This document shows, piece after piece, positions 1 through 12,216 of a stretch of DNA of 64,000 nt. The stretch is from Amoebophrya sp. A120. Its lineage: Eukaryota > Protista > Dinoflagellata. The stretch's first letter is position 1; every line of letters starts with the position of its first letter. The stretch covers positions 378,475 to 442,474 of the forward strand of contig CAJINV010000019.1 in NCBI GenBank assembly GCA_905178155.1, given 5' to 3'. Both the position numbers and the translations under genes were made by a program. The notes beneath the pieces were generated by a model, which made no database searches, was not told the origin of the DNA, and saw nothing but the letters and a program-made list of their open reading frames with translations.

Positions 1-1389
1 GTCGTTACAGCTGGTTGCAATGTTGCTGTCGAGCTTGTAAATTTTGTGCAGAGCCTATCCAAGAAAAAAAGTGTGTCAGTGTAACTTTCTTTGGCCGACA
101 GCATCACAAATTTGCTCTACATGACAGAGAAAACCTGTGATGCGTGGTTTGTAAGGGGAAATGCACATGAAAAAAGGACTTCATGGCTGTGTGGCATGAC
201 AGGTGTAACTCTGTTGCATGTTTTGCATTACAGAGTTACACTTACACAGTTTTTTTCTTGCATAGCGCCACAATCGCTTTCTTCCGTACGGATTCGTGGT
301 TTATCAAGTGCAAAAATAAGTGGGTCTGGAAAAGTGTGAACTTGTCATGCAGATTTTCCATGACCCATGAGGTCTGGAATCCAGGACTTAGCATGACAGA
401 CTCCGCGAGGTCTCTGCCATGCCTATCCCGCATGACAAACCCCCTTCCGACTTGGTCAAAAGTGGACAGGTCTACTTGGCACTCATGCAACACAGATTTT
501 TGCATGCTTCAGATTTACCATGACAAGTTGCCACCTTCCAGACCCAGACATATTTGCATTTGATATGGTTGTGCGTCAAGCATTTTATCACCTCTGGCAG
601 GATCGCTGGGACCATCTATCCAAGAAAAAAAGATTCTTGTCGGTGTAACTTTTGTGGCGGAACAGCAATGCAAATCTGTCTGGCATGACAGCAAAATCAT
701 AAACCTGTCATGCGTAGTAGATACTACGTGAAAACGCGCTTGACTAGACCTTACAGCTACAATTAGAATTACAATGCGTGACCCGCATGACAGACGCAGT
801 CATCTTGCATGTTGCGCACCTACCCAAAGTTACAACTACAATCTTTCTTTGCTGGATACCATCTCTTGGTTGACCAATCTGCAGATGCTGATCAAGGCTC
901 CCGCGACCTCGAGATGGTTGGACGACTTCAGGTCTCGCTGGAGCGTGTTGATTAGCAGCAGCATGAATTCGTGGTCCTTGTGCAGGAAAATGTTACAGGC
1001 TAAGTAACCGATCCGCTTCGCCATGATCTGCTTCTCGTTACACAGCTTCACCGCGTGGATGTAGGCCAGACTGCAGTCGTGCCCCAGCATCTCCACGTAG
1101 ATGGCGCGGATCAGGAACCTGATGGGAAATAGTGAGATGATGAAGTTCTGTCATGCACAAGTACCGCACCAGAAAAGAAAGAGTCAATTCAATTGCCCGC
1201 TACGCATCACAAATCACAGTCATAAAAATCAAGTACTCTTTCATCCTTTTGAGCGAAACACCGGGCAGGTTCACTGATGCTTTCAGGGCAGCAACCTCAT
1301 TCAGGATGATTTTGTCCTCCTCTTGCTTGCTTCTGCTTTCCCCGATTTGCTTCACGAGTTCAAAGAACTCCTTCGAGAGGTGGCCGCCC
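1..1389 (-). CDS. AP4E1: AP-4 adaptor complex epsilon subunit, 5' part (runs off the window; start codon unresolved)
   Basis: Joined exons read GGHLSKEFFELVKQIGESRSKQEEDKII...FLIRAIYVEMLGHD...KRIGYL...NTLQRDLKSSNHLEV...EMVPAILPEVIKCLTHNHESVRKKAIVALHKIY, an Adaptin_N region of epsilon type. One GT-AG intron (1119-1236) and three element introns. Confidence 0.9.
56..264. mobile_element. introner, TIR family F (TATCCAAGAAAAAAA..GTAACT)
   Basis: TIR at both ends; TSD GGCGC/GGCTC; removal restores IVALHKIY. Confidence 0.85.
302..565. mobile_element. introner, family A (TATCAAnTGCAAAAnTGTCTGGGTCTGGAA)
   Basis: ~30-bp TIR; perfect TSD AACCA; removal restores LTHNHESVRKK. Confidence 0.92.
617..858. 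mobile_element. introner, family F
   Basis: TIR; perfect TSD GATGG; removal restores QEMVPAIL. Confidence 0.88.
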
Positions 1390-2666
1390 CTGAAGATATT
1401 TTTTTTTTCTATATCGATTCGCTTCCACCGAGGAGCCTCTCTTTGTTTTCATACACGTAGTTTCTTTATGATCCTCATGAACGGTGATTGCGGAGCAAAG
1501 TAGAACAAACAGCAACAAATACGTGTGCATCTTGGGCGTGCTGTTGTTTTCCGGTCCTCCCCACGAAGCTACGGCTAGTATTGACGATGCACCAGGTCGT
1601 GTAGGAAGCGAGACAACTCTGCTTCTAGATCCCGAAGCCGCCGCGACCCAGAGTCACCTGTATAATCTCGCGGGCTCTGATGTTGTTCCTTGTCAGCCAG
1701 GCGGGTTGCAGCTGCGACTGCGCAGGAGTAGGTGTTCTTGGTGCCTCGTCCTTGTTACTAGCAGCCGATTACGCGACGTCGCTGCGTCGCAGAGACCGCG
1801 CTGAGAGCAACTTCTCAAAGCATGTGGCAGTGTCATCTTGCCCCAGCTACGAAAGGAGCAGGAGGGGGTGCAGTCTGCATTTTCATCAAAAGTGGTCAAT
1901 TGATGCTGGCGCCCGTAATAGAATCTCCCACCCCAATAGAGGTGGCGAGAGAGCCGGGACGAAGTAATGGATATGTTGACAACGCCAACACGGACAATAA
2001 TCAACAAGAAAATTGTGAGTTTCAATATTACGTTTGTATGTACACAACTTTGCGAGTGTGTAGCCTAATACTTAGTGGCCAAATTAATGAAGAATGTTTT
2101 TATGTATGGATTTTTTCACTCTACCCAATTTGCTAATAGAGGATCTTCGTGTAAGCAAGCTAGTCGTAGTTGACGACTGTTCATCTACTGCGTGGTTCCA
2201 CACCGATGCTGAATCACAAAAAAAAAAGACATGACTGCGACTGATCGTCCTGAAGCTGAAGCGATAGAAGAAGTAGATTCGTTGCACGAATAAATCAGTG
2301 GAAAGCAGCAGCAACGCATGTGATCGAACATTTCCTTTTTACTCGATTCCTTAGGCAGGCTAGTTCTGAAACGGGAGCCATAGATACTTACAACTAGAAC
2401 ATCATCGTTTTCTTCGCCTTCCGCAGATAACGGAATGATCGGACCCGGGGTTAAGTCCTGAGCAGTAGGAGATGGATGCTTTGATGTATTGGCTTCACAA
2501 TTCGACTGAGTTGCAGTTAACAAGCCGTCTATTCGTGATCTTTATCATGACGTCCGCTAACTTCTTCTTCTACTTCACCCAAGGTCGTTCGAAAATGAAT
2601 CTTATTCATCTTGTTGGATGGTCAAAGTTGTCACAAGTTGCAGACACAAGATCCTCGTCTTCCAAC

Positions 2667-3361
2667 TCAATCCTCCGTCCACATCAAGATCCGCGGGTCC
2701 CGACGGCAAAAGCTCTTGACCGCGAGAGCAAGATTATCCGAGTCCTCCATCATTCGCCCGCGGCACCCGACTTTCAGACTGGCGGGGATTTCGTCCGATT
2801 TGTACACGAGTTTTTTCAAATCGCCCACGGTGCTGTTGACACTCGGTGTGTACACCGTCTTGCCATTCGACCAGTACCCCCCGCCGCCGCTAGCCGTGCC
2901 GCTCCCAAAAAGAAGCGAATTAAAAATGTGCAGGAGGCCGCGTTCGCCCTTGTACTGCGGGTAAATCTCCGGGCTGTCCAGGTACACATTGTACCTGTTG
3001 ATAGTGTGTGCACCAAATTCATTTATTTTCAATTGAACTTTCCCGATGCCTTCAGTTATACTTACTGTCCGAGAGGACCGGGAGGACGAAGATCCGAGGA
3101 CCCCATCAAAAAAGATTGACAACTACATCAGTGCTAGTACTATTAATACTTGTATTGCGTTTCTGCCCTCCAGCGGATGTAGAAGAGGTAACTCGGGTAG
3201 ACCACCACCAGCCCCCACTTCAAATTGCTCTGCGAGTTCCAAAAGGTTTCATACAGTCTGGACGCCCGGAACGTCATGCCCTCGGTGAGAAAACTCCAAG
3301 CATAGCGCCCGCCGGCGGCTGCCGCCATGCTGTGGTCAGGAGGGAGGTCGTGGATCTGCAA
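2667..3361 (-). CDS. small single-TM protein with ubiquitin-like C-terminus; possibly myzozoan ATP synthase subunit k (start uncertain)
   Basis: GT-AG intron 2995-3149 joins ...WGLVVVYPSYLFYIRWRAETQYK|YNVYLD...STVGDLKKLVY...GRMMEDSDNL.... The TVGDLKK and GRMMEDS segments look ubiquitin-like. The subunit identity is recalled from Toxoplasma, not searched. Confidence 0.5.
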
Positions 3362-4179
3362 CTTCTGGGTATCAATTTAAGAAAGTGATCCGCCTACTTC
3401 TACTCAGATTGAGTGCAGGTACGTGAAAGAGAGCTTCGTCACGACGAGACGTATATATACCTGTACTTACAACTTCCTAGTGGAAAACAAGCTGAGTAGG
3501 CCACAATCAGTTCGTCTGGACCAACAGATCGCTCGAGGAAGACGAACTTAAGCACTACAACGAAGAAGACACGCTTCGCAGTACTTCCGAGGAAGAGACA
3601 GGCACCGATAGAACATTTCACAAAGAAGAAAAGCTGTAGAGACAACAGAAAAAACGGGTAGAAGTGGCGGTCTGAGAACAAAAGGCTTTTGCACACAATC
3701 GATTCGGGTTTGCGTTATGCTCCTGCCGGACGACTACGTGAAGAGAGGCCACAACGAGATATTCGTCCGCGCACACTACAGAAATAATGTGAAAATGTAT
3801 TCAAAGAGATGTAACGAACTACATATATAGTACTTTTACTGACTGGTCGTGAAACTGAATTGCGTGGAATAGGTTCTTTCAACATCTCTTTGTTCACTAC
3901 TGGTGTATCGTCTTGCTGATCGCACGGAAGCAGCGGTCGTCAGATGAAGTCCCGTGATGCGATAAAGCCGTTCTTTTTTTCTTGACATGAAGTGGTCGCG
4001 GCGAGTTTCTAAACCTGAGAAGTCGTGGTCTCATTGTCGTACAGAGGGTTTTTTTATAGACTTACCTGGACAATCAATCCTTAAATTGGAGACCCTCTAT
4101 CCACTCCTCTTCGTCACGCGTCATTTCTGTTCATCCAGGTTCTGTTCTTACCTTGCTGTTGATGCTTGCCCCTGTCTTA

Positions 4180-7100
4180 CTATTTCCAGGCACCCCAGCT
4201 GGACCAAGATTTATCATTTCCGTCGTCACCAATATTTGCATCATCGTAGTTGGACCAGGAATATTTAGTATAGGAAGCACCCTCCGCTTGATCATGCCCT
4301 GCATCTTTATTGTTCTCATCACTTCTGGTGCCCGTCGGGTCTTTATAAAAATCGTTTCCCTCTTTACACGTCGTACTGCCACCGGCGGAATCATGCTGAT
4401 CTTTCTGGTAAGAACCACTATTACCCCAGTCGTCGGCTTTGTCCACCTGCTTTGTGGTCGCCTTACTGCTGTTCCAGTCGTCGTAATTGTTATTGTTGTA
4501 CGAGCTGTTTTTATCCCAGTTGTAATCGGCCCCCCAGTCGTCGTATTTGATCTTTCCGGTTTCCACCATTTCCGGGGACGGCGACGCGCTTGCCGACCCC
4601 ACTTCCAGCAGGTCCGGGGTGCTCGAGAGGACCGTCGCGCTTTCATCGTCTTCTAGAGGTGGAGGTGGTGCTGCAACGTCGTGTTTATTCAGTTTATGCA
4701 AACGGTTCCCAACGTTCTTCTGCACCACTTCCGACGGAGACTCTTCGATCTATCAAAGTGAAAAAAGCCTCCACCCCATACCAAAACGGAGATTTGTGTA
4801 CCATGATTTGCTGCCACAAGTCACGTTGTCATGCTAGAAGGCAAAAGATGCGGACTGTAGTGCTGGCTGGCGTGGGAAAGCCTTGCACTTTCAGCAAGAG
4901 AGCAGGCAACTGGAAGTGGAAAACAGCATGACAAACTGCCTGCAGTTCAGGCCACAGCTGCGTCTCTTGGCATTCTAGCAATACAAGTCGATTTGTGTAC
5001 GCAAATCCAGCATCACAAGTTTACTTTTCGATATGGGGAGGGGGGATTTTTCCTCGCAATACGATCGCCGATAAATTCTCGAGGACGTTGGGGTCGTCGA
5101 AGTAATAGCCAGAGGTTTTGGAACTTGTGGTTGCGGTAGAAGTTGCTCCTGCTCCAATTGTGGGCGTTCTTCCCGTCGGCTCGAAAGGCTTGGCGTTCGG
5201 ATTCAAAGAATACAATTTCGTATTCGTACTAGTACTTGACGACATCAAAACATCCTGCTCACCATTGTTACCGTCTGCAGAAAATGCAGTTTCTTTCGCG
5301 GACACGACCTTCATATCATTTTTCTTCATCTTCGCCGCACTGCTACTAACGACCCCGGCTGCAGTTGTAGAACCAGATTTACTATTTTCGTCGAAGAAAT
5401 AACTCTCATCCTCCTCGTCGTGTTCATCCCTGGCGGAAAGCTTCGAGCTAGACCGTTCCTTTTTCTCCTTTTTCTTCGACTTTTTGTCTTTTTTGTCACA
5501 GTAGTTGTTGTGGTTCTTGCCCCCGTCGCGGTCGCTCAGTACTAGGGACGAGTTTGCGTTGTACGAGGAGTTGTGGTCTACAGTAGCGGAGTTCTTGCTC
5601 TTCCTCCCGTCCCGTTCTCGGATGTGAATGTTGTACGACTCTTGCTCAACCTCCACTTGACTGGTTCTTTGCAGCAGTTCCTCATCGTTACCGTGACGGT
5701 CTTCGTCCTCCCAACGACGGTCTTCCTTCGCTGGTGGTACGGTGGCTGCATTACGACTGTTCATGCCATTTTTGAAGACCACACTGTTCATCTTCACATG
5801 ATTCGGACTGGCACTGTCATTCCTCTTGTTCTCCCCGGCAGGAGCTTCTAGGTTCTCCAAATCGGCCAGCAACTTCTGCCCGATGTCGCCCTTGTCAAAG
5901 CTGTGCTGGACGATCCCGCAAATCCGCGCCATGTCCGCCTCGAACGTCTCGAGGTGGCTGTTCCGCTGCCGTTTCAGTTCCCGGAGGAGCAATTTCCGTG
6001 TCTGCCTGGTTTTCTCAAGCAGGTTGGCGCTGTGCTGCTGCAGGTAGGAACGAACCATGCTTTCCTCGGCGGGGTATCAGGTGGAAAAAGTTTTGAACTG
6101 ACTACAGCACGGGTTGTAGCATATAACCTCCCTTCATCTTCTTCTAACATCAACATCACCAAAGGCTGTCCTCTTGCACATATCCGGTCTAAGCGACCAG
6201 GATGCTGAGGGCTACCCCGCCCATGGCAGAGACAGTACAGGGTTCCTTCGGTTCTCGCATGACAAGTAACATTTGACATGCAGCTTGATAGGAGTCAGTC
6301 GCCTTTTCCGCATGGTACGTCTTGCAGACTCGCTGACCCGTCTGGTAGCTGGACTTGTGCTCCGCCGGAGGACGACCTGGCCCTCTCGAGGGCAGAGCTG
6401 TTGTGATGTTTGCTTCATCATGTAGTCCTCGCGGCAAGCGAACGAGGAGGCCTGTCCTTGGGACAATAATTATGTTAGGTGCGCTGCAACAATCGAGTTG
6501 GAATACCCTCCAGTTCATCTGCATGCATCATCACTCAGAGAAGAACAAAACCTATTTTTTTCAAAATCCTATATAGTACATTCGTTCCCGCAACTCCAGT
6601 CCCTCTTGCTTCAGCGTCCGAATTTGCTCCGTTTTCTCCAATATCAACTGCAAAAGTGTCTGGGTCTGGAAGAGTCGGGGCTTGTCATGCACATTTTGCA
6701 TGACCCGTGAGGTCTGTGATGCTGGTGCTAGCAACACAGATTTTTTGAGAGCCTCTTGATGCTAATTACGCATGAGAAACGCCTTTTCCGCGTGCCAAGA
6801 ACTGAGTCCTCTTGCTGCTCATGCAACACAGATATTTTTAGAATCCGCAGACAGCATTACAAGTTCCACTCTTCCAGACCCAGACATATTTGCACTCCAT
6901 ATCCAAGTTCTCCTGCTTCAGCACCTTCATCTTCTCCTCTTTCTGAACGCTGTCCCGCTGCAGCTCCGACATCTGCGTCTTCAGCGCAGCAATATCCGTA
7001 ATGACGGCGGCGGAAAGAATCGACTGCCCCTGCGGCGGCGCCGGGTAACTGCTGTAATTCGACACTGCTTGCTGTTGGCCGGGATTGTTCGTGCCGGCGG

Positions 7101-9853
7101 GGGCGGTATTGGCATAATTGGTGTTGCTGGCTGGAGGTGCCGCAGCAGTTGGACCGGGAGATGGACCTGAGGAGTTTAGCACGTCGGGGAAGTAAAACTT
7201 TTTCGAAGACCTTGCAGTTCTTCTGCTGCTTCGCCTTCGTAGTACAAAAATAACCATAGTAGAAAACTTGAAAAATCTTAAGTCGACTAGTAGGAGGGTG
7301 AGGGCCATGATCATGATCAAACAGGAATTTTATACGCACTGGAGACGGGGTCGGGGCTGGTCGCTTGGACGCATCAAACCCGGGCGGGAGAAACGCAGGA
7401 TTCGGTGTATGACCCGCTCAAACGTTACAATCTCAAACGCTGCAATAGAGTCTGGGACTTGTCTTTGATAATGAGCATGACAGACTCGCAGACCATTCCA
7501 CTTTCTGCAACACAAATTTCGGAACATTGTAGGGCGGTTTGGGACTCCTGAACTTGTCACGCGCAGTCCTATGAGACTTGGCTAGATCATGCACTTCTTG
7601 CATCACAGATTTCCAAATTCTATTGCAACGTTTGAGATTGTAACGTTTGAGCAGGTTGTACGGTGGTCGCGAAGGCGAGGCGGCCGGTGCTGGCTTTGGT
7701 CCCCCGGGACAGCCCTGTGATAATATTATGGTTTCGTTGAGTATATTGCCATAAATTACTGTAGTTTATGCCACACTTCTTAGAAGACCCCGCTGGAGGC
7801 GCACCTCCGCACAACAACACTACTAAACAACAAGTAGAGCATTAAGATTAACAACAAAAACCCAGTGCCTTCGAGTCCCGAAACGTCCCGAACTTTTTGT
7901 AGCCCGCCGGGCAGTTCACGCCGGGCTTAATATCCTCGAACGCCATGGGGAGTGGCATGTTTGGGTTTTTTTTCCGGGACTCCGCGATCTGTTCCTCCGT
8001 CATGCATTCCATTTGCATCGTGCCGGCCAGGTGCAAGTTCTTCCGGTGTGTGTTGCTGTTCGGGGTGTGGCTGCTGTTGATCTGCGCAATGGCCGGGCAG
8101 ATGCGGCAGCGGAGGATCGTGTAGCCGTCTTTCGCGTGCATTTCGTAAAGGTGCGGATTGGAGAGTGTGCAGGGGGAAAGAGTAGTGCTATGAAGTAGAT
8201 GTAGTCGTCCTGGAAGCAGAAGCAGAATGGAAGAACTACACACATGAAACCCTTATGCATGGTTATGCAGCAGAAGCGGCTTGACAAAAATTGCACGGTC
8301 TACCTCATGCCGCGGGCCAGGCCCGGTAAGATTTTTGCTACTTTGCTCCCAGTGACGCAACGACAATGATAGCACTCTTTTACTATGAGATAATGAACAG
8401 CTCCTCACAATATTCCTCGTCCACGTCCCCTTTCCACACCCAATGATCGTCTGCCGGAATCAACCGACCGTAGCAGGTATGAACTGCAAAAGTATCGCAC
8501 TCGTATAAATGCATGACAAATTCCCTTAGCATGAAAAATAAAATTTGTAATGCGGCTTTAGCTTGAGAAAAAAAATTGTAAAGCATGATTGCAAGAAGAC
8601 GAGTGCGATACTTTTGCACAGGATAGCAGTCCATCGGCTGCATGCTCCGCACATCCACATTTTGACCGCCACCGCCCTGGTCTGCCACATCCAGATCCGA
8701 CCCGGAAAAATCGATCTCGCGGTTGACATTCCGACCGTAGTAGTTCCCGGCATTGCCATTGCCACCGCCACCAGACGCAAAGGTAGATCCTGGCGGCGGA
8801 CTCACTTTCTTCTTTGCAGCTGGACCTACGTCGTTGGGAGGATATGGCGGAGAAAACGGAGCGCAGCCCTGAAGACACCGCACTGGTCTACATGCAAATA
8901 GTATCACACGATAAAAATCCAAATCTCCAAAAAAAAATAAATCGAAAAAACCCCCCTGCGACAGTTGGTGGAGATGAGTCTGAAAATGTTACGAATGATG
9001 TTGCTTGCTCTGGGTACGGAAAGGCGGCTGGGAAGCTCGTTTTCAACTCGATAACACGAAGCCAGCATCTACGTCGGTCGGCGGAAAGGCTTGAACGCAA
9101 CCATCTGTGAAAAGTATTTTCCGGGCGGTTTCATGTGATGCATAATGCAGATTCACAATGAGGAGCTTCCTTTGTCATGCGAAACAACATCAAAAAGGAC
9201 TCTAGAGAGCAGGTAAAACAAATCTACGTACATTCCACATCCCGCGGGTGAACGACCGTTCCGAATTTGTATGATGGCAAAATCTTGAGTCAACTCAAAA
9301 CTTTGCTTCGCGTATCTACTATAGACACTGACTCTAGGAAACGACCATAGAAGATCGCGCACTGCGCTTGAACGCCGGGCGATGAGAGCGGCGAACTAGT
9401 ACAGGCACGGTCTTTATTTGCAACTGCCAAGATGCTCGTCGTACGTACCCAGTATACTCAGGCGATGCAAAACAAGTTTTGTCATTGACGCAAGAAATTT
9501 GCCCCCCCGATAACTTGTCCCGCATGTTGACGCCGTCGGTGGGAAAGGGGATTTTTTTCGTACTGAGCTCGGTAAAGTAGTACCCCCGCAAGTCCGACAT
9601 TTTTGCCTCCACCTGCTTCCTGTGCTTAGGTCCCGCGATGTGATCATTACCCGCCTGCTTCTCGCAGGCAAGGCAGTAATCCTGTTATTGGTTGTGAGGT
9701 TTTTCCTGCTGTTCATGACGACGCCTGATAATTGTGATTTAATCTCATTCGCTTTCGTAGCTATAATACGCAGAATTCTACTCGACATCACTTCTTACGT
9801 GCTTCCCCCACGCGGTCGTGTAACGCACTTCGTAGGCCCACGGCTCGCATAAG
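4180..9853 (-). CDS. multi-exon hypothetical RNA-associated protein (two U1/matrin-like zinc fingers, coiled coil, PAM2 motif); may be more than one gene
   Basis: YCLACEKQAGNDHIAGPKHRKQV (~9607-9681); CRICPAIAQINSSHTPNSNTHRKNL (~8035-8110); SLNPNAKPFEP (5177-5209). Frames join across four elements; several canonical junctions are unresolved. Confidence 0.55.
4751..5061. mobile_element. introner, family B (TATnnnnnGAAAAATCCCCCCTCCCCATA)
   Basis: TIR; perfect TSD GATCG; joins ORF 5021-6058 to ORF 4180-4728 (LSAIEES). Confidence 0.9.
6642..6901. mobile_element. introner, family A
   Basis: TIR; perfect TSD TTGGA; restores QENLEKTEQIR. Confidence 0.9.
7408..7660. mobile_element. introner, family G (TAT..CTCAAACGTTACAATCTC)
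   Basis: ~40-bp TIR; perfect TSD CACCG. Confidence 0.88.
8478..8625. mobile_element. introner, short family E (TATGAAnTGCAAAAGTATCG)
   Basis: TIR; TSD ACTGC/CCTGC; in frame and stop-free on the coding strand. Confidence 0.85.
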
Positions 9854-10160
9854 CTTATGGAAAAGAAAAGACTACTTAGAGCTGTTTTTGTTTCCGTGCA
9901 CAGATAAAACTTCGTCAGATCATCTGAGGAACAGCAGCTGCAGTTCGTGCTCGTCTCCGAGTCTGCATTACTTACCATGCAATTATGAAAACAAAAGTCG
10001 TGCATACGATCGGATTCGGAAACAAAAAGCCCTTCACGACAAAGTGTTTCTTCCCTCCCATACAAATCCGCCATTTTTCAGGTACGTAGGATTCCGGTTT
10101 GGTGTCGATAAATGTCAGCTGGAAAAACGAAAACCACCTCCCCCTCGCCCGTGATTGTTC

Positions 10161-10200
10161 ATAATGCAAAATCACTCTATAATGCAAAATCACTCTATAA
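10161..10200. repeat. tandem duplication of 18-bp unit ATAATGCAAAATCACTCT
   Basis: two exact adjacent copies plus a partial third. Confidence 0.8.
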
Positions 10201-11716
10201 TTGCAGCTATACAAACAGCTGCAGAACTTCTCGACATGTGTAGGCTGCGTGTCTAAAGTTCAAGCTTCGAGTCCAGCAACGATCTGAAAAATCCAGGTAC
10301 TTACGTCACCAGGGCAGGACAGTGTGGTTGTGGCACATGATAAATAGCACCCCGTTCCGGTCTGCAATCTGGCACTTGGATTGGTCCAAGTCTTTCAACT
10401 CAAACTGGAGGTTATCTGTCATTTTTCCTGTTTTATTTTTTTTCCACACAGCTCGGCGTAGGATGGGTATAGTTTTATTTAGTCTTCGCTTTTTTATCTT
10501 TTTGTTTCTCAGTGTAGCATGCCAAAACTCAAAAGTAATAAAGACGGTATTTTTACTGTTGCACCATCATTTCATTTTTGGTCAAAACTCATCCACCCTT
10601 GTTTGACTGAAAGAAGACCAGGTGTTTGTGCATTTTTTCCTGGTAAGAAGTACTTATTACCAACCATTCGAAAAGAACGAGATCGAGAGCGGCTTCATCA
10701 TATAAGCACCAACACAGGGATCGTTGTTCCGGTAGCGACAGCGGCCTGTTCGTTCAACGGCCGTACTTAAGCCACCAAGAAGATGAGATCAATTTGATCC
10801 TGCAGCACACGGTGGCTGCTTTTAGCGGAACTAGGAAAAAAACTTGCGGCCAAATATGATCCACCTTCCAGCACGAACAGATCCACCATCGATCTAGGAT
10901 CTTCGCGACGTGCTCGTATGTCTTCGAAACAAACGAAGGATGTCTTTCTTTATTTTTCAACCACAGCAGGCAGGTCGTACTGGTAGTTCCGACAAATACC
11001 TTCAACTTCAGAACACCGCAGAGGCAGCTTTGACCCAGAACACAAGATACTGATACTGCAGTTGCATGTACAGGAAGTATCTTGAGCAAGAGCACGCAAA
11101 TGTCTCGCTGACTTTCGCTTTTAGTCCGTTAGTTTTGGTGTTCAAGTTGTTGCGTACATGTCGATGTCGCGCATTGCGTTTCAGCTACAATTTGCTCGAA
11201 AAAAACCTGCTCCATGAATGTTTTTTTCATATCAGCCACTTGCGAGACTGGCATCTGGAAAAGTTCAAGTTCGCAGCTAATCAACGGATTGACATGCTTT
11301 GTAAATTGTACTGCAGCCGAGACAATATCGCACGACATGGTGCTACACTAGATTTATGTAAAACTTGTGAGGTACAGCCGGTGCTGTCCTTGTTGCGGAT
11401 GAGATTTCTCAGAAAACAAAAATGAAAATGTATCAACGCTCAAGTAGTACACTTGCATAGATAAACTAGAACATCACGTCATGTGATGTTGCCTTGGAAC
11501 CCGATCCCCGATCCCGCCGTTTCCAAGAAAAATAAACTACATGGGAGCTACCAGGGCGCCAGAACAGCGACCCTTGTTGTCGCTTTGAAAAAGTGCGGCC
11601 ACTGCAGAGCAGCAGCGACGTCGTTCCAGATAGATGCCTCGCTTGCGGGTCTATCACAACGAATCGGTAAAACTAAAGGTAAAAACGAATTAATGAACAA
11701 TCACGATGAACCGCTC

Positions 11717-12216
11717 TTACATCCTTGTACTTTCCAGAGATTTTTTGGAGCTGGCGTCGTCCATCGACCCTAGACGTTGTCCGCCACCCTCAAACGGGCG
11801 GACCCGCTCGGCCGGTGTCGCGCCGCCGTAGTCTTCTGTCGGATTTGTTGGTGCCTGTGGCCGGAACAAACCTGCATATGCGTTTTTGATTTCGTTTTTG
11901 ATTTCATCGTCCTCCTGCAAGACAAGCATACAATTTTTACACTACTGGCGCGGCACGTCCACGTAAGAACAATATTTATCATGCATGAGCGTTGCTTTTC
12001 TAGAGAATAAAAGAGCAGAAGAGATGAAAGAAAAAACACAAAAAAAAACAAAGTACGCGCAGCCGCCTCTAGGTCGTAGGTATTTTGCTCCACATTCCCC
12101 GCACTTCGATCTCGCATCAGCGCGCAGCAACAGCAGATCATGCATAAGACTGCGAACGCAAACGTGATGGAGGAGAGCACGAGGGCCGTGATGGCGACCG
12201 GGCTTTCATCCCGCAT
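11717..12216 (-). CDS. small hypothetical single-TM protein with juxtamembrane Cys cluster
   Basis: MRDESPVAITALVLSSITFAFAVLCMICCCCALMRD..., a probable intron ~11915-12060, then EDDEIKNEIK...; donor phase uncertain. Confidence 0.45.

Noticed and set aside
183-563. Recurrent ORFs with peptides such as CKNVWVWK, FQTQTFLHLI, MSGSG, KIPPPHI (here and at ~40 other sites)
   Set aside because: These are translations of element TIRs, not a protein family or a transposase.
1390-1478. GA-AG first intron giving MRGGHLSK for AP4E
   Set aside because: Plausible in dinoflagellates, but no independent support; start left open.
2472-3119. Long plus-strand ORFs (also 15757-16374, 36733-37383, 51312-51995)
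   Set aside because: Antisense shadows of minus-strand coding exons.
6075-6290. Possible element (TATCAGGTG...CAGCTTGATA, internal GCATGACAA)
   Set aside because: The flanks ACTCC/CCCCG do not match and element+5 nt removal does not restore a frame I can trace; left unresolved.
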